DNA of 64,000 bases. It comes from Ylistrum balloti. Lineage: Eukaryota. The notes beneath the pieces are model-generated. The model did no database searches and was not told where the DNA came from. It worked only from the letters and a program-made list of their open reading frames with translations. Made by a program: the position numbers and the translations under genes. How positions within the stretch are numbered: the stretch's first letter is position 1; the number at the start of each line of letters is the position of its first letter. The stretch covers positions 682,001 through 746,000 of the forward strand of contig NW_026781915.1 of NCBI RefSeq assembly GCF_031769215.1, given 5' to 3'. This document shows, in pieces, positions 52,901 to 64,000 of the stretch.

Positions 52901-55900
52901 TCAGGAGGATTAATTGTAGTTTTGTCATTTTCGTCAACATTATTGAACATACAGGGTTCAAATTCGTGTACGTGCTTTGGAACACAGATATAAACTTATG
53001 TCGTAATCGATCAAGTGCCTGAACAACTGCCGTTATGGCCGTCAAGTAGAGACTGACATACAATACCATATGCTTATCTGCGAATAGTCATTATTTATGA
53101 GATTTGCAGGGGATATTTATTGACTGTATTTATTTACTTCTTTCTATACACAAATAAATGGAAATTTGACGGTTTCTGATGTGTATTTGTCTTTAGACTT
53201 TAATTTCATTACACGTTAAACCTACTTAATTATTTGCTAGCTGTAATTGTTCACGCATGCAGTTTCTGTCATCTTTAACATTTAACACCAGTGTTTAAAG
53301 AGATTACTTATATTATTATATATCCTCCACGATGAAATACACTGAACATTTTGGTCCTTGGTAACTTACGTAGCTGTTGTGTTCTACAACAACATGCCCT
53401 GAGTTTCATGTTCCTTGATAACCGAATATGGTTGTTGCGTTCCAAAATAACTGAACATGACCGTTGTATTCCTTGGTAATTGAACATATTTGTTGTGTTC
53501 TACGGTGATATACATTGAATTTTACACCCTTATGTCACTGAATTTGTTTGTTATGGTCTTCTGCGCTGCGTTCTTAAGTAGTTGAATATGCCCGCGGTCG
53601 TGGTCTTTATTTTTCCAGAACTTCGTGTTTATTAGGAACTGTTGTGTTGTGTCATATACTGAATATTGTGTAATTGAATATGCTTGTTTGGTTCTACAAT
53701 GGTTGCACGCTTAGACTAAAAACTTTCAGATTTTAATATTCTGCTCTTGGATGACATGTTGACGTTTTGTTTCAGAGTAATTGAGAGGACAAAGGGGCTG
53801 GAGCGTGAAGATGACGACAGCGAAAGTGTGTACTTGTACTCTTCACGTCCCACCACCCCTGGTGAAAGAAAGGGCCTGCTGGTCAGATTCCAACTGGTCA
53901 GTCGGACACAGCCCTGTGTAGCCTACCATTACATGTCGGTCAATTTAAATAGTAAGCTGTCAGAACTCAGGCGACCAGTCAACGCACACTTCAAAACACA
54001 CTTTGATGGGGGTTTTATTTTCCTCTGTAAGACCAAAGAAGTCATCAATTCCAGAGAGAGACAGCTGACCATATTTGACATTTTGCCAAAGCTACCAAAT
54101 CTCGCAGTAACACAAAGTTACAATAGGACAGATCGCCGACAAAAAATGCCATCCGACAGCTTTTTATATCCGGGCGTGCACTACAAAGAGGTAAGACTGT
54201 GAATATAACCATGATTTAAAATTCAATAAAAGTAGGGCAAAATATGAACAAAAGCAAGAATAACACTGCGACTCTGAGATAACATGAAGGTTAAGGAAGC
54301 GTGAGTGTTTTTTGTTATCGACGACACCAACCATGTAAATTTTGGTCAATTTAAGTCAAGTCACAGCCTCAAATGTGAACAAGGTATACAGCAACGGAAC
54401 CAACAGGCAAAAAACCCCAGCATAAAACACGTCCAGCTTCATATCGCACAAAGAAAAGCTCTTCGATAGATTTAACATCGTAAGTTAACAAAGAGGTACA
54501 GTTAGTTTCTATAGGAATGCTAATAGCCTATTGAAGGATCTTACCACCAAACTTGACGAAGATGTTGTCAATCAGCAACTCAATTATTTTCTGCATATTT
54601 CTTCCTTGAATTGGATATGGTTAAGTGCAGACTGGAAATATTAAACGTTCTCATAGCAGAAGAGTGTGTTGAAGATTGGTCAAATGCTGTTTGGAGTTCT
54701 TTAAAATTTCAATATCATTAATTCCACTTTTTGAGTAAATAGTATTACAATAAGATTATGGCCCATATTTGATTGTATTAAGAATAGTAGTAGATGACAG
54801 GACAAATGTTTGGCTGAACAGCTAGACGAGCTAGCAATCAAACGATGTCTTTATATATTCTTGTGAAGTTTACGAATCGAATATAAATGAATGCTTTATT
54901 TCTCATTGCAGTTGTCACATGACATCGATGGGAGACGTCATTTGGTAACATGTGCGTGCGTGGTCTTCCTGTTTGAGCGGAGTAAGGTTAGCCATTGGCC
55001 TGCAGACAAACTTCAAGAGGAACTCAGTGCCGGCATGTTGGAGGGTTTTAGCTTTATTCCAAGCGACATAATGTCTTGGAAGGAAAAACTCGTCGGTAAA
55101 ACACGCTGGTGTATTATCATGATATGCTGTTGTTGCTTCTCGAGTTCAATTCTCTTCCATTGAATTAGAAATATTACCCAATTTCTTAGCGTGGAAAATT
55201 TTGTGTTCACTATTATATTGTTAAGATTATCGGCAAATTAATCGACGTCTCATTTCAAAATAATGTCGTTTCAGAAAACCGGGCTACAGCTATTCATGGT
55301 TATGCCGCATGTAACCAGAAGAAAGAACTGGAGACCGCAATTCATCAACTACCAGGGAATACCTACGTGCAAAACTTGAAGGATCAGAGAGGCGCCGTTC
55401 CTCTCCATTATGCCGCAGAGAGTGGTCACCTAGAGATTTGTGAGTTATTGATAGCCGCTATTGGCAAAGATCTTATCTTTCAGCAAGACGTGAACCAAAA
55501 GACTCCTCTACACTGTGCTCTCTACAGGCGAAAGCTACAGACTGCTGTATATCTTCTCCAGTTAAACTCCGACTTGACACGGAAAGACGTATATGGAAAT
55601 AGCTGTATAGATTTATTACTTCAGCAGTCTTCCAAGGATCTGGATTTCATCATTTCAAAACTTCAAACAGACTGTATTGACGAAGTCCTGAAATATCATA
55701 TTACGTGGTTTGCCTTAAAGAAAAGGGATATAAAAATCTCAAGAAAAATAACTGCGAGCGTTCAACCTGTTGTTGACGACAATCTCGGTGAAGATCTATT
55801 ACACATCGCGGCTGACATGGGTGACAAGGATGTTGTGGGACATCTGATTTCAAATAAGTTTAGTTTATCAAAGAGAGATGTGAACGGATTTTTACCGTTT

Positions 55901-58900
55901 CATAGAGCATGTGCTAAAGGAAATGAAGATGTTGCATATTTGCTCCTGTATCCGGACATGGAAGATTCCGATGTATGCAAAGGTGTATCTCTAGCAGTGA
56001 AACAGAAGTGTTATACAATCTGTTCAGAAATACAAATGATGAAACCATCCCTTGTCATGGACGAAAGTTTTGTGTGTACCCTAATAGAACACATTGACAC
56101 AATACTTAGCAAAGTAAGCAAAGACGGAAAGAGCAGAGAAAAAGAACTTAAAGACTGGGAAAAACTTTTAAAGAACGTAATTCCCCTGTTGCAGAAGGAA
56201 GATGGAGTACTGGAGACTTACGTATTCGACTGTGCTCGTCACAACCTACCAAATTCCTTAATGCTTTTGAAGTCAATCGGAGCAAACTTCAACGACAGGG
56301 ATTTCATGGGGAGATCACCATTACATGAAGCAGCAGAGCGCGATAGTTGTAAAGCCATCAATGAGCTTTTGAATGGAAACTGTAATCCAAATGCGGTTGA
56401 CTGGCGAGGAGGAAGTCCACTGCACTATGCATGCGCAAAAGGGCATCTACAGTCCGTCAAAGTGCTGTTGAGCTCAAATAAACAAGTTGAAGCAGGCAAT
56501 CAGAATGCAAGTGGAAGAACACCACTGCTCGCAGCTGCGTATTCTGGAAAATTTGAAGTAGTCCAGTTCTTGGTTTCTAATTATGCCAGCAAAATTAACA
56601 TATCAGCCACTGACAGCTACGGCCAGTGTATACTTCATCATCTTGTCGGGATGCCGGAAAAAATAGCAGATCTCGTCCTCGCGAAATACTTCTCTGTTGA
56701 GAAAACAGAGAAAGGAAAGTACTTCAAAAGAACTCTCTGGGTGGATTCGGTGAAACACTCTGGGTGGTGTCGAGAAATTATTGTCTCTCGCTTTCGAGCG
56801 ACGGTGTTGGATATGTCTAAGGAAAAGGGGAAAGTGTACTTTACGGATTCAGAGACCGACGAGAAGTTGGAGGGACCATTCAATCATGGATTGAGAGTGG
56901 CTTCGTGGAATTCTCGAAAAGGCATTGAATCAACAACAAATTTGAAACCTAGAAAGTCACCAAAGAAGGAGACAAACGCGTGCACGAGATGTAAAGATTT
57001 CGTAGGCATGCTTTCAGCATACCGAGGGTAAATACTTACTCCTGTCAGTCCCCCATTGATATATATTCATCAATTATGCAAAATCTTAATAGAGAATCAA
57101 AAAAGTTTATCAACCATGTTTTTAATGCGCAATTTCTTTCTTTGCTGACTTTGCTGATAGAGTTATCAAGCAATATTAAGACAACTCTGTCTATTTCATA
57201 CGAACATGTATTAATGTATCATTCAGCTAATAATGTTCCCCGCTATGTTTTTTGTGTCGACAGACGTTTTCTCAAATTATGTCGTGATAAATTTATAATG
57301 AATATGCAATGCTCTTGTTTTTCTAGACCTCACAAATGCACGTTGGCAGGGAAAAAACGGCATGAAGGAGAGGGTGAAATACGCAAGATTGCTCACAAAG
57401 CTTTTAAACACCATTACATCTTTCAACAAGAAGTCATCTCGCCCGTGTTTAACGCTGTGAAAACAGGAAATATTTTGTTGGTAAAGAAACTGGTGAAATT
57501 TAACCCGGAATACATCAATCAAACTGATAATTTCGGTAGAAGTTTAATAGAACTCGCTATTGATCGAGGATCGGTGAAAGTTGTACAAACATTACTAGAC
57601 CTGCTACCATCACAGCCTAACCCAAGTCTAGTGTACAGAGTTCTTATGCAAAAGAAAAAGAGCAAGAGCGACAACACAAGGAAGGTTTTACTAAGTTCTC
57701 TGATTGCAAAAGGTCATCTTGTTGACAAAAGGCTGGAGACCGGTAAAGTCACTCACGACGGCTGTTCAATTCAAAAGGGCAAATTCTGCTACAAACAGTG
57801 TTATTTAAAGGGATATACGCCATTAGAAGTTGTCGTGAGAAACAACGATGAAGATGTATTTAAGATGGTTCTAGACAAATCTTCCAGAAGAAACAAATCT
57901 GTTGCATTGTTGATAGCAGCTTACAAGGGACACCATGCAATGCTTGAGACAGTCAAAAGGAAAACTTATTCTCAAAAGAAAGACAAAAATGAAGACGAAG
58001 ACGACGAAGAGGATGATAACAAAGACGAAGATGAAATTGACGAACGCGTTTTGTTAGACATTGCTTGTCGAAGCCCACACATCACGACTGATTTAATAAA
58101 AGTTCTTGGCAAGCTGTATCCTGAAATGATGGAACAAAACACACAAGGAATTCTGACAGAACACCCAGTGAACAGACAGTATCTGCTATTTGATATACCA
58201 AAGAAAAAATTTCCAGAATCGACCTCTCTTGGAAAAATTCTTTCAAGAGTGTACGACCGAAAATCGAGAATATTCCTCAAATCGAAAATAGAAGACATCG
58301 CTTGCCAATTAATAGACGAAGGGATTAATTTAGGCAAAGTTTATCTCAATACTCATTCTCAAAGGACAAACGCCGACAAATTCCTGCATGGTTGCTGCGA
58401 ATGTTTTCTCGCAGCTATGGAAGGAAAGTTCTATAAGGTAGCGGAACGTATTTTGAATAAAGATGTTTCAACGATATGGAAATGTGCAATGAGTGAGACG
58501 CCATGTCGATTTCAACATTCCTTCAAAAAGAGGATGATGGACCGGAAAATGAATCACATGCATGAACCACAATATATCGATTATATGTTGTTATTAGCAT
58601 GTTCTGCAGAGGTACCAAAGACAATCCTTCAGGTCTTATTACAAACTGGAATCAAGGAATTTAATAAAGATACCGGTCCACTAGACGATATGGATGAAAT
58701 AACGAGATCAAAAGTAGAAAACATAAAGGATCCCTTTCTCCAAAAGGCAGTTTACATCGCACAGTTAATGTCAATACAACGCAAGGGCACTCCCGATATA
58801 TTCAGGTTGATTAAAATGCTGCCAAATATCTTCAATATTCTTCAACATGTCGATAGCAAACTCTTCAAACAACCGACTTGTCGAGATGGTATCAGCTGCT

Positions 58901-61900
58901 TCATCCGTACATGTTGTGATCTTTCGATCAGTGGTCGGTGTGGATATGACAAAAGGTTGGCTGCCAATGGAAAGGTTGAATATGTTCCTGTGGATCTGCC
59001 TGAAGGTCTTCATCTCCTCCATATGGTGTGTGCGCTGGACAACGTAGAGTACGTGAAGGACTTCATCAAGGTATGTATATTTTTCGTATGCGCTAATGTT
59101 CATCATCTTAAAAACTAAAAAGCTAAAAGTAAATTTGTTTTGGCAAAATGTCGAAATGTGTCTGGTCAAAGGACTAGGGATTATGTATTAGTAATGACTT
59201 ATTTGTGTCTGAAGGAGAAGAGATACCAATTAACTACATTCCCAGATCCCCAGGTGCAGATTGTGTTGAGGAATTGAAACATTTTCTTGACCACACTATT
59301 GCTATCACTACTCTTTTGCATGCATAATTACCAGGATACATATATATATAGTATGGCATGAATGGATGACCACCAAGTCCTTTGTCAGTATTTATATGTC
59401 CTTTTCCTATTGTTTGTTCTAGTGTGGCACAGATATTGACATCAACAAGGTGTCGACCAATGGCATCAGGGCAGTTGATGTGGCAGCTGCGTGTGGAAAC
59501 TGGCCTGTGTACAAATTCCTAATTGACAAGAAAGCTGAAATCAACAGTGATACTCTCCTCGCTTGCTGCGCCAAAGACAGACACAAAGGTAAACTAAAAT
59601 TATAATAAATTTAACGCATTTCATCCGAGGCCAATTGAGCTGTTAGAGGTCAGTGGAGGGCTAAATCTGCAGCGGAATCTTAATCTTTTGTGTGAAGACC
59701 GAAATCTGATTTTACATATTGTCAGCACTGTAAATTCCATTTCCATTAAATTCTTTTTCTCGTACATGTGTATCAAATACGGACCTAAACGTTTTAATTT
59801 GTTTTAATTTCAAATTCGTCGCGATAATCGTGATATGACAGAAAGGTTACACTCATTCAAATTAATATCAGTTTAATAAAAGGAAGCAATGCCTTTTAAT
59901 ATAATAGTTGTGTGGAGTTTGGAAACCGTGCAACTCGGCTTCCACAACGCACATTTATATCACATGTACAACTTACCTTGCAATTTTTTTTCAAAGATAG
60001 GCTTCGTTTGTATTGATTTATAAGGGCTGCGAATTTAAATGTTTCTTTATTTTTATGATATGAATGCCAGAAAAATATTTATTTCTCTTTATTACATCAA
60101 TATTACATTTACATTACAAGTAAACTATTATGAACACGTATGTGTAATTTACACTGACCTTTGTTCCTATTATCTGACCACAGATATGCACTTTTGGATG
60201 GATCGATTACACACTGTCTATGGGGAAACCTCGGCCTTAGAGAAACACAGGCTAAAGATAGCAAAGGATCTTTGTAGCAGGTAATACAGGTGTTCTACGT
60301 CGGAATCCAGTATATCAAACAACTCAAATTACAATTATATAATATCAAGAATAATTACTTCACGCTTAATTCATTAGGTAAATCAAGGGTAAATGTCATG
60401 GTCACTTAAATTGTAATAGCATTTTTAACAGATAGCAAAGCCATTTCATTATATACAAGTTTCTCTATTATTTATGTTTGTAAAGCCATGAAGATAATTT
60501 ATCTTACTGAATCATGAAGACCTTCGATTTAATAGGTGTATTTGTTTTGGGTGTTTGAATCGGACACAATAAAACTGAGACATGTCACTGAGTTTGATTA
60601 TCACGTGTAAGCTTATTATTTACTATATAATTGTTATGCCGCCTCAAATATCAAAGAATCATTGTGTTGCATAAGTGATGGATTTATGAAATTGTTTCCA
60701 TTGCTTTCGATTGCTATTATACTATTTATTTGCATTTCAAAAATGCTTGATATTATACCGGAAATTAAGGTCCTGTGACTTATACACATATTTAAAAAAA
60801 ATTTCTATGTGAGTTACAGAAACGATAAAGTAAAACCCTCGTACTGTTCCGACTCCGGAGACAATCCTCTAGGAGCTGCCCTAAAGTCAAAACTCTGGAG
60901 TGTGGCCGAATTTCTATGCACTGTAAACGCTGGAGCAGCAGTCTTACCCATGTTACAAGGCATAAGAAGCGACAGGTATACCCACACTAATATATGCTAT
61001 TGTAAAATAGTGTCAGTGTTTGTGCAATAGGCAATTTCGCAGTCGCTTAGCAAGGTTCATAGAAATTAAGGGTTATTTAAAGGATATTAAAAGTTGTAAA
61101 ATATTTAAAGACGATGCGTTGCATTCCCTACAGACTTAATGTCCATTGAAATGTCGTGAGAATAATGAGTCAAATATCACTGCTCATTCCCGCAATTTTC
61201 TAACACTTTCGGTTTGGAACTTTTAAAACTAGTATGAAAAAGGTCCCCGTTAAATATAGGTCGTATGAGAGGTCTGATACAAGCTTTTCAGTGATGCGTT
61301 ATTGGTTAAAACTATAGATTGTTAGTGTTTATGTTACTGATGCCATGATGTGACGTGACTGATTGTATCATGATTTGAACATTTTAAATGATATACATTT
61401 GATTGGCCGTATTGTCCTCTTTTTGAACCTTGGATTTCCCCACTTTATTTTCATTTTTAACAATATTGTGTATATTTGAGTTCAAAAATTTGCTTTTTAA
61501 TTACTGTAAGACATAAAATGTTTAATTTTCATTTTGTTCATAACTATCTATTTTGTTTCTTTTAAGAAAACCGGAATGGGCTTTAGAAGCGCCAAAGGAT
61601 CTCTTACGGATGATAGTGGAGGCTTCAGTGAAGTTTTTCTCTTCAGCTACCGAGAGTTCTTCAACTCCAATTCCATTCTTGCTTCAAACCATTACAAAAC
61701 GGTCCGATTTCAAGTTAGTGGATAGTATGGTGAAACTGCTTGACGCGTTAATTACCGGAAACGAAAAATGGTTAGAAATGTGTTGTCAGTCTGACCAGCA
61801 TGAAATGACAATTTTACACTATTTATCACAAATCGGGCATACACGTGGCTTAGAGACCATATTGAAACGTATACCGGCAAACATAAGCAGAAAGAAAATT

Positions 61901-64000
61901 ATTAATCAGTATGATTCAGCCGACGCATCCGCTCTTTGGTATGCTCTTGCAAACAAACACTGGTCTACAGCATCACTGCTGCTTATATCTGGAGCAAACG
62001 GATACAACGAAAGAGCAATACCTGGTTTTGAGCCAAAACAATGTGCTTATGGAAAACAAGACGTTCAGACTGGACAGGGTACGAGGTTGAAAACCGCAAG
62101 CGTCGAGAACGGAATTGATATTTCTTCAAATGCGGGAAACAATGTTACCTTGTGTCTTGCATCTTCGAGTTCTTTCTTCAGCGACAAAAAAGAGACTGTT
62201 TCTGATACAAACACAAACCAAAAGGAAAATAGACATTCCACAAAAACCGATCCTGAAAAAGTTGCTGTTAAAAGACTCTTAAAGATAGCACAGGCAGCGG
62301 ATGCAGCAGGATGCGATATTATACATGCTGCATGTGCTACAAGAAACTATGAGCTTGTACAGGAGATCCTAAGGATACATCCAGATGCTTTCAGGCAAAA
62401 GGATGATCAGGGTTACTTTCCATTTGCTTATGCAGTGATTGGGGGAAGCAAGGAAGTAATAGATGTGCTGAAAGAAAACATGACTGGTGAAATAGCCGAA
62501 AAATCATTAGAACCCTTTATATGGAAAATGGCGTCTTCAGAAAAAAGAAATTTACTTGATCGTGCATTTTCACAACTTCTCGCACATATTTATGATGAAA
62601 AGCGTGAATTTTTTGAAGATCACACAAAGGAAACTGATGTGAAACTTTCTCCTTTTCGATGGGGCGAACTTTATTCTAGCACCATATGGCAAGAAAAGCA
62701 GAAAATATTAAAGAGTTGTTTGAAGCAAGATGAATTGGTAGGTAACGATATTGAGCAAGTGATGGAACACATTGATGTTTTACGTAATGTGTTGCTGAGA
62801 ACACATCCGTTGGACTCGTTTCTTTATCTAAACCCAGTAAACGACACATACCTACCTGAGGAATATGCGGAGTCACTACTTACTCTGTTATTGAATCACA
62901 TCACAGACATTAATCCCAGTAGCATATTATCTCTCGTGATGATGCAGAAGTCATGGATCTTAAAAGAACTCAAAAAAAGCAACGTTGCCAACACTATTAA
63001 GGCAATGAAGAAACAAATACTGTGGAAATATTCCGTTGTCGATTGCATATTCATTTTTGCTAGCCCAGAAGATGAACGGAATTTTAGCGATGGTATTAAT
63101 CAACTTAGAATTGACAAGGAATTAAAGGAAATCATGGGCAAATACAGCTTGAACTTGTCGTCAGGCATAGGATCGCTAGCGGTGCAGAAGAATCTATGGG
63201 TTTTCCTTGAACATGTCCTGTTTCAAACGTTTGAAAACGAAGGAAGTCTCAGTGACAAATGGCATTCCATTCTTGCGACCGCAGCGGAGCGTGGACAACT
63301 CCCGTTCCTCAGGTCGATATTGGACAAACTCCACATACCCAGAATGACAGCTGAGCAAAGGTCTTGTTTTACTGCGTATCTCTGTCTAGCCTGTCGGGCT
63401 GGAAAGACTGATGTTGTAAAGTACTTACTACGGCACAACGTGCCGACCGTTGGCTCCATGGATGAATACCCAATACGTGATATTCTCGGAAAGCGCCATG
63501 AGAATTCGTGGAACATTTTGCAATATGTATTTTACAGTAAGTCAGAAAGTACACTTAAAGAGATACTGAGTGTTCTGAAAACCGAAAAGGAATTTCTGAG
63601 AACTCTTCAAGTCGACGAATGCATCAAGCAAAGTGGAAAGACGGGCAGTCCAGGAATTGTACATCAGATGACTCAATTCTTGTCCATGACCAAAAATGAA
63701 TGTGTCACACCGAGAGAATGGGACCTAATGCTACAGACAGCATCAAGCAGAGGATATGAAGATCTATGCATTTATCTTATTGAAAAGCAATCAGCAGACG
63801 AATGTTCGACTGATAATAGCAATATGTCACCGTTACATTATTGTGGTTACTATGGAATGGAAAAATTGGCGTCGGTTATAATAGAGAAACGACCATCAGC
63901 GCTGGGGAATACCGACATCAGGGGCCTGACTCCTAAAGACTACGCAAATGCGATGGGAAGGCCACAATTATTCAAGGGTTCCACGCAAACTCTTAAACAA
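49907..64000 (+). CDS. Giant multi-ankyrin-repeat protein (over 2318 aa, incomplete at window end)
   Basis: Phase-consistent exons 49907-49911 (ATG GG), 53776-54190, 54912-55095, 55275-57027, 57327-59070, 59423-59588, 60184-60280, 60820-60975, 61567 to beyond 64000. The last exon appears open to the window end in spot checks. ANK motifs: GAVPLHYAAESGH, QKTPLHCAL, GFLPFHRACAKG, GRSPLHEAA, GGSPLHYACAKGH, GRTPLLAAAYSG, GYTPLEVVV, NMSPLHYCGYYG, GLTPKDYA. Confidence 0.88.
53335..53700. repeat. Degenerate about 30-bp tandem repeat (actgaatat..ttgttgtgttc.ttggt-like)
   Basis: Recurrent actgaaca/attgaata and ttgttgtgttc motifs in intron 1 of the ankyrin gene. Confidence 0.55.
54221..54457. repeat. 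Dispersed repeat copy B (homologous to 31612-31866)
   Basis: See copy A; same orientation. Both give minus-strand ORFs starting MTKIY. Confidence 0.75.

Noticed and set aside
57076-57326. 5' part of the 680-aa ORF
   Set aside because: Intronic read-through; the exon starts at the acceptor at 57327, in phase with the exon ending at 57027.

Overview
AT-rich eukaryotic genomic DNA with GT-AG spliced genes. The repeat types and gene content suggest an invertebrate, most likely a mollusc (bivalve-like); this is an inference. Spliced models were built by hand with intron phases checked. Left to right: (1) a C-type lectin gene (+) whose intron holds a dead L1/Tx1-clade LINE and a Tc1 transposase fragment; (2) minisatellites and a fold-back MITE-like element; (3) an intronless secreted protein (-, 10995-11792) with the Cys-rich and lipocalin domains of plant/algal violaxanthin de-epoxidase (VDE/VDL family), the standout finding in an animal context; (4) an 11-exon ACL4-type TPR chaperone gene (+, 388 aa); (5) a single-exon 296-aa orphan ORF; (6) a 14-exon ankyrin-ZU5-ZU5-UPA-death domain-death domain gene (-, about 860 aa) with an HFS autoproteolysis-type motif; (7) a 38-bp VNTR and a probable bidirectional promoter region; (8) a giant ankyrin-repeat gene (+, over 2318 aa) that runs off the window end. 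No rRNA, tRNA or CRISPR array was recognised.
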